From positions 12,375,010 to 12,439,009 of the forward strand of contig MU055600.1 of assembly GCA_013239625.1 (NCBI GenBank): DNA of 64,000 nucleotides, in the 5' to 3' direction. Position numbers and translations under genes: made by a program. Shown here one piece after another: positions 24,571 through 38,500 of this stretch (position 1 is the stretch's first letter; each line of letters starts with the position of its first letter). Origin of the DNA: Lama guanicoe. Its lineage: Eukaryota. Under the pieces are notes generated by a model. That model was not told the DNA's origin and did no database searches. It saw nothing but the letters and a program-made list of their open reading frames with translations.

Positions 24571-27500
24571 TCACCAATCACAGCTGAAGGTGAGTGCCAG
24601 TTGTCCTGAGATGCTTGCAACAGAGTTAGAGGCTCCTAGAGTCACACACAGCACAAGGAGAGACATGGGAACCTGAGAAGCAGTCCCCTTCGTTTTGCAG
24701 CTAAGGAAACTGAGAAGTTTACAGATTTACTAGAGAGTGCAGCCACTCTTGTCAGGAGCCCAGGGGCTCAGTCCTGCCTTGGTCCTAGTGACAAGGACCA
24801 TGCTCACCCTCTCCTGGCCTCACCTCTCCCTGCCTTCCCTCTGCAGGTGCAGATGCTGGGGTCCTAGCACATCAAGGCCTAGATCAGAGTCACCTTGCCC
24901 AAGCCCTCAAGAGTTCCTTTTTCCTCAGAGCTGTTTCCTCACATTCTCTCTCAGTCACACCAAGAAGACCACCCCACTTGTTTCCACAAACCCCGCCTCT
25001 GCCACAGGGGTTGTTGGTAGCACGTCCCCAGGAGCCCCAGAGTGCAGCATGTACCGCCGTGTTGGCATTGCCAGACACAAGGCTGTGCTGGCCTCCTGGG
25101 GTCCCAATGCCATTTGCAGTCGGTGTTGAAACGTCTCAGAGCTCTGCAATCGATCTCTGAGTGAAACAAAACACGGCCCCAAGCCAGAAGGAGGCGGGAG
25201 TGAGGCGTGCTGCTGCGCTTTGCTCCTTGGTCTGGATGTTGTTCATGCAGGTTATTCATTCTATGACAGCTCATCAGATTGCACTCTGGTGATTTGTACA
25301 ATTTTCTATATGAATATTATACTTCAAAAATTTTTAATATTCTCAAAGACTGGGACATATGTGTCTGGAAAGATCCCAGACAGAAGCTTTCTTCTGAGCC
25401 ATTGGCAACCTTTGTTCTCCGTCACCACGGGGAAGCTCCATTCAGGTGGACTCTTGGGTGGCAGATCTGAAAAGGGACTAAAGTTAGAAGGCCCTTGGCA
25501 CCAAGATAAGAAGTGACATTCAGGGGGTCTGGGCATCCCCAGCATTGCTCACCCTTCTCAGCACTGTCCCAAGCCTCAGTGACCCCAAAGCATCCTGGGC
25601 AGTAGTGGAGGAATAAGGATGGGTGTTCCCAACCATCAGGATCAAACAGTGCATCCCTCAGAGCTTTCTCTGAGTGGACAGGTCAGGGGGACGGGGGACA
25701 GGGGAGAGACAATGAGGTCAGGCCAGCACCATCAAGCAGAAGAGCCAAGAAGTTACGCACTGCTTTGCCTTTGGATATGTTCCACATTATCTCCTGTTCT
25801 CCAAACTCCTTCTTGGGGTTCACCCTTCCAGGCACCGGTTCACTGTTCTTCTTTTGACCCTGGGAGACAACACTGACCAGGCCATCAGAGAAAGAAGACC
25901 CAGCTCACCTCCTTGAGGACCCCGGTCCATGCACATCTTCCCACCGCTCTCCTGCCCCACCCCTGAGCTGGGACTCTCCCAACCCTGCAAGCTCTGCAGC
26001 CAGTTGCAGGCTGGTGGAATGAGACGGGACCTACTGAGCTGAGCAGTCCCTCCATGGTTCACACCCCAGTCCTGCCTGATCATCAACCTATAGGTCCTTT
26101 GCCACCACAGTGCCTAGCTGCTCAGTAAGTGCTCGATGAGGAAGGAGGGACCTAAGGCAGACCTTTCCCCCACCCACCTCATGTGGAGCCATGGTAGAAA
26201 TGGGAGCCACTGAGAGGGACATGAATGTGGCTGGGGAGGCAGGGAAGAAATTGCTGGTGAGGATCCTGGCTGTCCAGGAGCCAGATTCTGGGAGGTCAGA
26301 AGTTTCCTATTTCCCCTTCTTTGCCCAGTCAGGCCAGGGAAAATCCCCTCACGCTGACACACTGACATACTGACACACAACAACCCATCCCTCTGATCTG
26401 TAGGCTGTGCACCCACAAGATGCCCCGCTGAAGATGCTAAACGAGCACAGAGGCTAGCTCTGCGGCTGACTGACTAGGGGTTCAGGCATGGGTACAACTA
26501 ATGCCCCAACTCTGGGGTCCTTGTCGTGGCTTCCTTGGTGTCTTTGGATGGGTCTGTTCCCCAATCATTGCAGCTGGTCAGCTGGAGCAGCCTGGCGGAA
26601 GCTGAAGCCATTCCTCTTACCCACTTGCCGGAGTACCACTTTGAAGCCATGCCAGACTGGGCTCCCGTTCCCAGCCCCTCCTTGTGTTCACTGTCCTCTG
26701 ACCTGTCAAGGCCTGCAGTTAGGCTCAGGCCACACATGGACCTCCTGGGTCCTCACTAATGCTCTACCCAGCCCTTGCGGGGAGGGGGCACTTTCTGCCT
26801 CTGTGGAAGTCCCTGTGCGTTTCTGGCCCCTCCCCACACCCCTTCCTCTGCACCAGCACAGCCTAAGAGCCCTTCCCAGTCTGCTCTGTAGTCCAGGGCC
26901 CTGGCTGCCCCTTCAGTGCTGTTCACGGGACACATGAGATCCAGGAAGCCTGTGACCACAGTGGCCAAGACTTGGATCAGTGACAAGATATGGGGTATGA
27001 TATGAGTTGGAAAGAAGAATGTTCTGGGAAGAAGTGAGGCCTCCGCCCCCAGGTCCAGGACCTGTCTAATCTGATCCCAAAATGTGTGCTAGGTAGGCCC
27101 TGCCTTATCTCTGCAGAGGCTCACTCAAGGATGCTAACATGGCAGAGCTGTGGGAGGTTCAGCCATGGACCTAGAGTTTTGGAAGAGATGGGCTGGGCTG
27201 GGCTGTGCTGAGGGCTCCCTTCCTCTCTGACTGACGTTTTCTCCCCGCAGCTCATTCGCTAGAACAGAACGGGCCCCCTCCCCTTCCTGGGTTGAAGATC
27301 GCTACTCTGCCTGCCTCCGCAGTCCCAGCCTTCCCAGCTGGGCTCCTCCTCCTCCTGCCCAGCTGCAGACTCAGACTCTCCCTGCTTACACCTTGCTCTC
27401 CTGCTTCCTGCCTCTCCGGAGACAATCTCACGCACAAGAACCATTCTCTTAAGAAGGGCTGTTATTGCTAATCCCACAGCCTGGGACACATTCCAGAGAA

Positions 27501-28504
27501 ACCAACACAGGGCTTTGACCAACGTTCCCATGCTCTGGACTCTCAGGGTTGGAGATCCTGGGGCACTTTCCAAGAGGTTCTGGGAGCCTGGTCTGTGAGC
27601 TCCTCGGCATGCTTTATATATAGGCTTCTGGTTCCCACCAAGTCAACTCTGCAGCAACGTCCAGGTTGGTAAGGAATTCTCTGATGGTCCTTGTTCTAAT
27701 TCTTAAAAAAAAACCCCCACCTTCTTTCTCCTGCTGCAGGCAGTGCTGATTCAGAGACACGAGTGAGAACGAGTCTACCATTCAAGTGGCCCTTGTCTGG
27801 TAGATCAGTCCCATTTGAGAACCTGCAGTGACAAAAACAGTGATTCCAGGAAGACTTTGGGGCCCCAAGGCTCTCAAAGAAGCAGCAGCCCCAGCTGCTC
27901 TCCAGTGCCACAGAGCCCAGCAAGTCCCCAGAGCCAGAGGCAGGGCTGTCCCCTGGCACTGCCTTTGTTCTTCCCTGAGAAGAGGGCCACACCTGCTTCC
28001 CTGTCTCTCCGCAGACAGACTTGCTCAGGGACTCTTCAGTGACAGGGCCCTGGGGAGGGATGATCAAAGAACTAGAATCTTGGTCTTGGAGGATCAGGGC
28101 TGAGGCACCACATCTCGAACTATCACTGGAGTGTGTTTCCTGTAATACAGTCAATCAAGATGCTTTGGGACAAATGCATCCCAAGGTCAAAACCAAGTAT
28201 GGGTAACACTGAGCTCTAGCCCCTCTTGGAAGGAGGGGGTGGGGGGTTACAATGTGCATTAACATAGTAAAGGCTCTGAAAAAGCCTGTGGGAAATAAAC
28301 TTAACTGCATTTCAGTCCATGATTTCTAAACATATTTGATTACACTTCTTTTTTTCTGGCAGAACACATGTTAATAGAACACCTTTTACACCTTTAGGAA
28401 CCACTGCCTGCTCAGCCTCTCTCCTCATGGGGAAGGGCACCAGGGAGGGCCCTGGGTCTCACTGCCACCCCCAGAAGGCTTGGCCCAGGTGTGGAGGGCT
28501 CTAC

Positions 28505-28668
28505 ATCCTCACTACTCAAGTATGTCTGTGGAGCAACAGCATTGCTGGGTTGCTGGGATCTTGTTAGAAATGCAGAACCTCAGGCCCCACCCCAGACCTA
28601 CTGATCTGAATCTGCATGTTAGCAAAATCCCCAGGGGATCTGATAAACGGCAGTTTGAGAAGCACTGT
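28505..28668. mobile_element. MER5A hAT MITE
   Basis: CTTGTTAGAAATGCAGAACCTCAGGCCCCACCCCAGACCTACTGA...TTTGAGAAGCACTG. Confidence 0.85.
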
Positions 28669-29158
28669 TCTACATCTCCTGTTCTTCCCCCTCCAAGATG
28701 GCCAGTTGGGTCATCTCCCCAGCTAGGTGGGGGCCCTAGGCTCCGTATCTGGATGTAGTTGACATAGCCTGAACCTTGTACCTGCTTAGGAATTCCCCAC
28801 ATTATGAGTTCTTCTTCCCAAGAGCCCGTGAGGGGAACCAAAATGGACTGCCAGACATCGACAAGGCTTCATTTTTGCAGAGGCTCATGAAAAGGACCAG
28901 GGAGTTCTTCCAGCTTGGCCTCCCCGTCCCTGATCAGATGCCTCTTCCACAGATGGACCTGGAGACTCAAAGATGGTCATCTTGGGGGTCCAACCAGAGT
29001 CACCTCTGAGAGTCAGTCACAGCCTCCCCTAGAAGGTCAGTAGTGATCATTCACAAGGGTCAAACATAGTCGCTCTTAGGAGCTCTCCCCTACCCTCGCC
29101 AACCCCCTTAGGCACCCAGAAGAAAGGAAAGGTAAGCCAGAATCTAGGGAGAAGATGT

Positions 29159-29164
29159 TTTATT
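29159..29164 (-). terminator. AP3B2 polyadenylation signal AATAAA
   Basis: TTTATT on the + strand ~260 nt past the stop codon. Confidence 0.75.
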
Positions 29165-29425
29165 GAGATTTTGCTACATAGATAGCTACCGAAAGCTGAG
29201 AGGACTAAATGGAGCAGCTGCTGTCTCCTCCCTCTGCACAGGTCACCTAGGAACCCATGGGGAGGGGAAACTGGGGGGAGCCTGACAATGACTAGATAGA
29301 GAGAGGACCCCTGGATGGTATCTGGAATGAGGAGTCTGATATGAGAGAGGAAGAGAGAGAGGCTAACAGCCTAGGTATCACAAGGGAGGGAAAAGTGAGG
29401 GCCAAATAGGTCACAGCACTTGGGA

Positions 29426-29576
29426 TCATTGGGTCAGAGCCTGTACCACGTCCTTCACCAGCATAGTGCCGATCACCATCTTCTCACTGTTGACGGTCAG
29501 CTGGGCAGCTCCAGTGGGCTGGGCGTCCAGGGTCAGCAGGACCAGGCTCCCGCTGGTCAGTGTCCTCCCTGCAAAC
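29426..29576 (-). CDS. AP3B2: AP3B2 last coding exon 27 (151 nt to stop)
   Basis: [49 protein letters not shown] (TGA at 29428-29426). Confidence 0.95.
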
Positions 29577-32500
29577 CTGGGGTGGGAGTAGAGGAAGGGG
29601 CTCAACCCTGGGGCATGGGACCCCTCCTTCAAACCAGCCCTTCTCTTCCCCTCTGCTGGTGGTCAGTACCTATACTCATCAGATGTCCCACAAGGGACAC
29701 GACCCAGGTTAGCAGTGGCAGTAACTTTCTGTACCACAACGTGGTCACTCCGACAGGTGTCTGGCAGCGTGAGCTTCTCTGTGATCTCATTCATGCCCGT
29801 CAGCTTTCCTGGGGACAGAGGTCATGATGAGGGCAGAGGCCGTGGTGGGTGCACCTGCTTCTGCCCACTTAGCATCCTCACCAGGCTCTACTTAGGCTGG
29901 GCAGGTCTGAATCTCCCTCACTGGTCTTGAGGAGGGGTCACGTCCTTCTTGAACCTGGCCCTCCCTCAGGGAGCCTCTGTATCCTCACCCCACCCAGGGG
30001 TCTATCCACAGTGCTGACCAAAGACTGAGCTGGCGTTTCCCCACTGTCAGACGTCTGGGCCACCAGCCGCTTGAGAGTACCAGTGGACTTGGTGGCCAGT
30101 CAGTCCTTCCTAGTTGGCCCTCCAATCCAAGTTCAGATCTCTCCCAGCTCCTAGAGGTTGAGTCTTCACAAAGAGATCACTGGTGGCTGCTGCTGGTCCC
30201 CCCAGACAGGCCAGAGTCCAGTAGTCACATGCAGCCCTCACAGGTGGACCCCTAATTTCACCTGTGGCAATAGCTCCAAACCTGCCCAGGATTCCTGAAG
30301 CCCTTGGGCACCCACAGCATCCCTAGAAACCCTCAATCCACTGACCCCTCCTCTACACTCACACGCGCTAGCCAGCATGTGAGCTCCTCCATCTGCCCTC
30401 CTCTTCAGCCTCTTTCTCCTCCTCCTGCTGCTTCTCCCATTCTTCTCCTTTTGAGAATGGACGTGCCCTTCCGGTTGCTTTCACCCCCTCCATTCCTTAC
30501 TGTGACATTTTCTTGCCCCTGTTCTTTTAGCTTCTCCATGATTAAGTCTCCTGGCTCCTCAGAAGTCCTCTCCAGAAGACAGATCCCTCATTATATTAAT
30601 GCCGTGTCTTCCCCCACCATTCACGGCCAAGGTCCTCCAAAGAGGACTCCATTTCCTCTGTGTCCACTTTTGCAATGACCTGCTCTCTCTGATACTGGTA
30701 GCAGCTTCCTATCTGTGGCTCTGAAGGTCTTTGGTCATCCCGGCCTGTACACCCTCTAGGCACTTTTCTACCTTCTCATCTCTCATGGTTCTCCCACCTC
30801 TTACCCTGTTCCTTCTCTTAACCTTCCCTTCTTTTTCTCCTGAAAAACACAGGTTTTCCTAAAGGAAGGTCCTTGGCCTTCTTATCTTCCAGCCCATCTC
30901 TCTCCCAGGCTGATCTCACTCATATTCGCAGCTTCAATTATCACCTCTATGTTCCTGACTCCAGCATAGGAGTATTTCCTGGGCACAGACCCACACTTTT
31001 AGCTGTGTACTAAACACCTCCTCCTGAACTTCCCAAATGTATTTCAAAAGCAGCTTATCCAAAACTAACCAAGATCTTTCCCCCTCCCTTACCATTCTTC
31101 TTTCTTCCAGATTAGGAGATTGGCAAATTACAGCCTCAAGGTCAAATCCAACCCACCACCTGCATGACCCATGATTCTTTTTTATATTTAAGTGTTGGAG
31201 AAAAAAATCAAAAGATGGATATTTCATGACACGTGAAAATTATATGAAATTCAAATGTAAGTGTCCACAAATAGAATTTTATTGGAGTACAGCCACATAC
31301 ATTCATTTACATATTACCTGTGGCTCTTTCTGTGTTACAACAGTGAACTGCCACAGAGACCACCTGACCCAGAAAACCTAAAACATTTGTTTTATGGTCC
31401 ATGAAAGAAAGAGTTGGCTGACCCCTAGTCTAGATGAACAGCACTGCCATTCTCCGTACCATCTAAGCCAGACATTCTAGAGTCAGTTTATATGTCTCCT
31501 TCTCCTCCTTCTTAGGGCAAATGCCAATGGCTTCTCTCTCCCCCACTGCAGACTTTCATTTTTTTTGCTATGGCTCTAATCCTGGTCCTCATCATCTCTC
31601 ATCTGATCTTCTGCAATAGCCTTATAACTAGTCACAGAATTTAGTCCAAGGCCACACACCAAGCAAGTGACAAGCTTAGAACTTAAAGCCAGGACTCATG
31701 AAGCCCCATATTTCTTCCCACTTTCCTCTTGCATATTCTCTCAATTCCAGTTTTAGCTGTAAATGTTACCAAATTCCTCTTTTTGAAGCAGAGGTCTGAA
31801 CCTGACCCCCTCATTGCTCAAAAAAAACTTCAATGACTCCTCCACTGCTAGGAAAATGAAATCTATAGTCCTTATCTCTCTAACGATGGACTTGGACCTC
31901 TGTGACCCCTTCCAGCTCTGGGATTTTTGGACTGAAATCCTTTAGCATAGCATTAAAGGTTTCCAGAAACTAGACCAAACATATTTTTAGCTTTGTTCTC
32001 ACTACTCCCCTATGCTAAGAACTTCTATGTCCCAGAGCAAACTGCTCCCTTCCATTCTTCCTCTAAACTTTCACTAACACATACTCATGATGTTTCCCTC
32101 AGTAGGAATGCTGGCCTAGAATTTTCTGCCTGGCTGAGTCCCAACTCTCTCCCAAGCCTCACTGAAGCGTCCTGGAGCCACAAGTTGTGAGGCTTCCCTC
32201 GATCTGCAGGAGCTGGGGCTCCCTCAGCATGACTGTGTGGTGGAGCTGAATGAGCCCCAGTGGGTGGTGCTGAACACTCTCCCTGCCCACCCCCAGGAGC
32301 ACTCACCCTGTTCCTTCTTGAACTCGTTCTCACTCATGAACACGGGGGCCATCAGCTCCCCAACAGGTGGCTGAATGGAGACGTAGAACTGTCGGGTTTG
32401 GGTGCTGGGAAGGGTAGGAAGAGACAGAGGGAGAGGTAGTGAGACCAACATCTCTCCCCTCACGTCCCTCTTTGCCTGGAGGCAGGGCTTAGAGGCAGCA

Positions 32501-35500
32501 GGAGAGGGAGGTAAGACCTGAGGTCTTGGGAGGCCTTCCAGACCCATCAGATCATGGTGTATCCCCACCTACTATCACCCCACCTCTCCCCAGCCACCCT
32601 ACTACCCCTCTCCATGAGTTGGACACATACCACAGCTGGAAGTTGGCCGCCTGGGTCGAGTCACAGAAATTAATGCCCATGATAGCAGTGGCAGACTCTC
32701 CAGGTGCCAGGGACTCTGCAGCAGTATGAGGCAGGGAAAGGGGGAGAAGGAGACACCATCACTTGACAGGTCTGGAACCCAGGCCCATTATCCCATCCAC
32801 TGCCAGAGCTGACCACCCCTCTATGGAATGCTGGCTTTCTGGGCCCTTGGAGACTGTTCTTGGTTTTTTCCTAAATTCTAAACACCTTTCCCCATTTAAG
32901 TCAGTTCTGGAACAACCAAGCCTCAAGAACCTCTTGCCCTGATATGGACTTTCTCATTTTCTAGTCTGTCTTGTCCACCAGGGCACGGACTGTGTTAGAT
33001 GCCATCTCCATGCCCCTATAGCTTAGACCCTGGCCTGACACAGAGGGGGCCTCAACAGCCACAGAAAGACCAACTCCACCCAGGAGCCTCCTTCTCCACA
33101 ACCTTCCGCACCGATTTCAGGAAATTCCTGGATGCTGATGCCAGCAGGCAGTTTGGGGGTGCCCACATGCAGGCCCTTGATGGGGGTATCAGAGCTGTTG
33201 GAGAAGTGGATGTGCACAGACACCATGTGGGGGTCCCCGGAGAAAGGTTGGCGGCTGAAGGTGTAGTCCACAGCCAGCCCCTCGCCAGCTACGCGGTGCA
33301 GCAGCTCCTGCCTCCCAACACCCAACACTGGACTCAGCAGCTAGAGGAGAGGAGGAGTGGGGGAAGTATAGAAATGAGCAAGAAGGAGATAGCATGTCCC
33401 AGCCTTGTCCCCACCTGTGGTCACAGCAATAGGGACTCAAAGCTGTCCCCTCCATCACATTCCCTTCACACAAACCCATACCATAGGATGCAGCACAGAA
33501 ATGTGTCCCTGCCTCAGCCCAGTGCCTCCCCATCCCACTGACCGAGGGCACCAGAGAAGAGTCTGTGAGTGTCAGGCCCTCCAGGTCAGTAGCCAGACTG
33601 GTGGACACAACCATGGGAGGAGACACAGGCTGGACACTTGGAGGGGTGACTGTGGGAACATATGAAGAAGACTGATGAGGGAGAGGCAAAGTGGAATTGG
33701 CTCAGATCTAGCAGGAACCCAAGGCGCAGGGAGCAGACAGTTCAGCACCATGGACAGCGAGGCACGTGGCAGCCTGGTGCCTCTGCAGGGATACCCACCC
33801 TTGACCCCAAGCCCACACCTGGGGAGGTTGTCCTGCTGCCCTCTCAGGGCTGAAGATGTGTTCTGTCTGCTCCCCCAACCCTGAAGCTCTGAGAAACCTA
33901 ATTCAGAACTCCCATGGACCTTCCAGAGTCACATTACCTAGGCATCCTTCCCCTAAGACTTCTACCACCCAAACTCACAGTCCTCTAGATCAAGCAGGGA
34001 GATCTCCTTGGCTGCAGGGGCACTTTTGCTGCTGGGAGGCTGGAAGAGAAATGTGGGATGTGAGTGTGGAAAGGGACTATCCTGGCCTGTTTGGGTTGTG
34101 GGGAGATGCCTGGGCCTGGCCCAGAGGATGGGGAGGGCCCTGGTCCAAGAGCCCACCCCCTTTCTGCCCCAAGGCTCTCACTGTTTTTTTTCTCCAGGAG
34201 GCAGGTTCCACCTGCTCCTCCTCAGTCTCTGATGTCATCTCAGACTCTGATGAGCTGCTGCTGGAATCGCTGCCCTCGTCTGAGGATGTGCCTTCTCCTT
34301 GTCCCTCTGACACCTTCTTCCTCTTCTTCATCTTCTTCTTACCTTCCTCCTCACTTTGTTCACTGGAGGAGAGGGGCCAAATGGGGCTCAGGCCCAGCCT
34401 GGATGGCTCCTCCATGCCTCACAGAAGAGTAGGAAAAGCCTTGGAAAGCAGGGGTGAGGGTGGGGAGCCTGGGCCAGTGGAGTCCACACCTAAGCTCCTA
34501 GGCCTGTGCCAGCTCAGGCCCCCGTCCTGACTGCTCTTCATGCTGCCCCCATGAGGTGCAGGCCTGCCGCAGAGACCTCCTGCGAGCAGACCAGCGGGCC
34601 CATCAGCTCATGGGGAGGCTCAGGGGCTCTTAGGAAACTGGCTATTAGCCCTTCTTTTCCTGGGGAGACCCCAGAAGCCCCCCAGTCATCTTACCTCTCA
34701 CTACTCCTCCCTTTCTCCTCGTCGTCTTCCTGGTCTTCATTGTCAGACTCACTGCTGGACTCCCCAGAGCCACTCTCACTGCTGCTCTTACTGTCCGATT
34801 CACTCTCAGACCCGGGGTCTGTGGATAGACCATCTCAGGCTGCCCTCCCTTGTGTGCAGGACTCCTAGGGTTCCCTGGGTGCCCAGCTTCAGACTCAGCA
34901 CTGAAGCAGTAAACCTCCCACACCCTCAACCTGCTCCCAGTCCCAGACGCCAACTAGATCACCTGGGACAAAGATGGACCTGTATGGACAGAGACCTGAA
35001 CAAGCATCTGGGACATGCAATCCATTAGGTGCATAAACACACGTGCAGGTGCACTCAAGCAGGTGCACACCCTGTTGGACACATGACCATATAAAACATG
35101 AGCACACACGTGCACCAGCCAGCCACAAGGCACACACATGGGCAGGAGCACAGGGCCCCAGCTCTGCCATCTCCTCACCACTGTCTGCAGACTCTGTGGG
35201 GCCTGACTCCCCCTCAGAGTCTGAGTAGAAGGGTTTCTCCTTCTCCTTCCTCTTCTCCCGATTTGAGCACTTGGTCCATTCCGGTACCTGGAGATGGAGA
35301 AGGGGGTCATTAAATGATGGGTGGGGAGGGGGAGGGAGAGCATGAGGCCCTCTAATCTGTCACCCTGCCTCTTCTTGGGGCCCCAACTGGTCCTGTCGCC
35401 AAAAGGGAATAACGGAGGGGAGGGAAGGGGCACTGTCCACAGAGGGGAAGGGATGCTGTTCACAGAGGGGGACTGCCAACAAGGAAGAAACAGGGTATAG

Positions 35501-38500
35501 GGAAGGCACAGGGCTGCAGCACACAAGGGGAAGGGGAGGGGGCAGCACAGGTTGGGAGAGAGCACTGCACACGGAGCAGAGGGCACACAGCACACTGGGG
35601 CAGGGGACCTCAGTGTATTCGCCCAACAGGCCCACGTGGGTCTCAACAAGGGAGAGATCTTCTTCCTGTGCATGGGGAGGGTATCAGGAGGGCTGGCTGG
35701 CACACCCAAGGCTCCCTGCTATCTATCCCTCTGCACACACAACTCAACCCTCCACCCCTGCTGACCTCCACGTTGCGCACAGATGGATCTGGGGCTTCCT
35801 CTGGCCAGTCTGGGAGCTCTTGGTAGCCCGTGGCCTTAGCGTTGAGCAGGTGGGACAGTGAGCCCAGCTGGAAGTGGTCCCGGTCTGGGGACAGGGTAAG
35901 AGGTCAAGCCAATGGTGACAGTGAGGAAATTGCCCTGGGACTTGTTTCCTAGGTGAGGCTGGGTGGTGATTCTGGTTGGAAACCCCTAGCTAGACAGAAG
36001 AAAGGGGTGGTCGTGTCCCCTGACGGTACTTCTGCCCTGACTGAAACTTCAGGCCCATATGCTGGAAAAAAGGTTGTATGGCCCAGCTAGAGCAGGACTG
36101 AAGGACAGAAGCAGAGGAGGGCAGGAGGGGACTCAGCTCAGAGCTGCTGCTGGCTTGTCCTCCTAGGTCTACCTGCTGGGGATGCAGAAATGTGAGTGAG
36201 GCTTCTCTTCCAGGGCAGTGGGGACTGTGCTGTTGTAAGTCAAGCTCAGGAAGGAGGCCTACTTGGGACCAGGGTAGCAACTGTGAATAAGAGGTCAAGG
36301 GGCAGGGAGGTGTGTCTGGTCAGGCTCCAGACTTCATGGGGAGGGGTGAGCAGTCCGAAAGGGAGTGGGAGGGAGTCAGGGCCAGAGGAGGGCAATGCAG
36401 AAACTTGTAAGTGGGAATGGTGTTAGAGAGAAGAAAAGGACCATTCCCCTTCCTCCAGGGAGGTTTTCACATCTGCCCCATCCCTCAGAATCTCCCTATT
36501 CCTGAGGTCCAGGGAGGAGAAAAAGCAGAACAAAAAGATCTGCAGGAGAACCAAGCTTGGTGAAGGAGGCTGCCCTCCTGGGTAGGTTCCTGGGTCCAGA
36601 GAGCCAGCTGGAGGACCCTCCCGCTCCCCGCCTCTCTCAGAGCCTTTGACATGGGAGACCAGCCCAAGAAAAGAGGCAAGGCTGAGGGCCTGAGGCCCAG
36701 GGTTTGGGCTGAACTCCAGTGACAGCCCACCAAGTGCTGGCAACTGCTATCATGGGATCCTTACAAACCTACACCTCTCCTTTGTATGGTGTTTTACTTC
36801 CTGTCTTCCTGGGCCCGTGGTATGTAAGATCTGGATATATAGAGCCTGCTCAGGGAGGTGGCTGGAAAGGGGATCCGGAGAGGAGAGACCCAGGTGAGGT
36901 GATGCTGGTGGTGGCTGTGAGTGGGTGAAGGAGCAAGCCCTCAATGCTGCACGTGGGGCAAAGTGCTGGGCCAGGGGGACAGGACTGGCATGTCTCCAGA
37001 AGTCCTGCCCATCACAGCCTGGCACCAGGCTAAAACAGAGCTCTCAGCAGGGAGGTCTGGGACTGGGGTGCCGGCCAATCTTCCTCTTCCCCCATGNNNN
37101 NNNNNNNNNNNNNNNNNNNNNNNNNNNNNNNNNNNNNNNNNNNNNNNNNNNNNNNNNNNNNNNNNNNNNNNNNNNNNNNNNNNNNNNNNNNNNNNNNNNN
37201 NNNNNNNNNNNNNNNNNNNNNNNNNNNNNNNNNNNNNNNNNNNNNNNNNNNNTATCGTAGTTCTGGTCATACTTGGCCAGACTCAGCACATACTGGGTCA
37301 GCAGCTTGGTCTGGGGGACAAGAGGTGGGACATCAGCCATCACAGAAGGTGGGGACACAAGAGCTCTCTGAGCCAGATTCTTTAAGCCAACAGCTCCAAG
37401 CAGTGCCGCCTCCACCCGGTTTTCCCTCCCACCCTGCCACTGTGTCAGACCCTGCATCTTTTCTCACCTCGCCGGCCCTGACTCCTGACCCCAGCTTTGA
37501 TAACTACCATGAGTCAGCAAAAGAGGCTGCCCTTTTGGAATCCTCCCTCTTGGCCCTGGATGCCATTCTTCCTCAGGTTTGTGGTCCCTGCTGCCCCAGG
37601 CCCAGTTCCTACCCCACCTAGTCCAGGCTGGGCTAACCCCTCTACTCTGGGCTGGGGTGCCACAGTGAGTGAAGGGCTGGAAAATTCTGCTGGACCTCAC
37701 AGCTTCCAGGCTCCATCACCCAGGGGAAATTATACAACAAGAAGAGAAAGGAGAACACAGGAATGCCCTCAGCAAGGCCCCACTGACCCACAGAGCAGAT
37801 TCTGAGCAGCCCAGGGGTCTCAGAGGCCATAATCCTCCCCTGGAAGATTCTAACAAGATCAGAGCAAACTGCAACTGCCTATGGGTTTGCTGAAGTCACA
37901 TAGGGTTCATAGTCTGGAGTCAAGGCAGCCATATTCCAGGACCCCAAATCTCAACTTCTGCCCTGATCTGACTAGTCTAACCTGTCTTTAGAAAATGAGG
38001 GTGCTGGCCATCATTTATGGGGTATCCTCTAGTGCCAAGTACTGTGCTAAATGTTTCACTATCTAATGTAATTTCCATAACCCTCCTGAGAGGTGGGTGC
38101 TATTGCCACATCTACACAGAAGCAGACTCATTAAGTCACTTTCCCAGGTTAAGGAGCCAGTCAGTGCTACATCCAGGCCTGGACCCACCAGAGTCTACTC
38201 TGTCTGCTTCTCCCTACTGCTCACCATCCATGGCTGCCCTCATCCAGGTCTCCATCCCTCAGGATCAAGACAGTCAAAACCCACCAAGTACATACATCCT
38301 GTGTCACCACAGCCAGAGTACGTGGGGAGATTCTGAGCGACGGGGATCAGCAAACCAACTCCTGAGGTTTATGGTTACATAGTGTTAGAAAGATGTCCAT
38401 GAGGCACAGAGCCCCAAGATGCTGAACCAAAATCATCTGTTCCACTCCTACCTACAGCATGACCCACGAGGACTTCACGTTCAGCTCAGTCCCTTCCAGC

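Noticed and set aside
26488-26937. Plus-strand ORFs between CPEB1 and AP3B2
   Set aside because: No recognisable motif or convincing exon structure.
33856-34868. Long plus-strand ORFs (224 aa, 120 aa)
   Set aside because: Antisense shadows of the low-complexity AP3B2 hinge exons.
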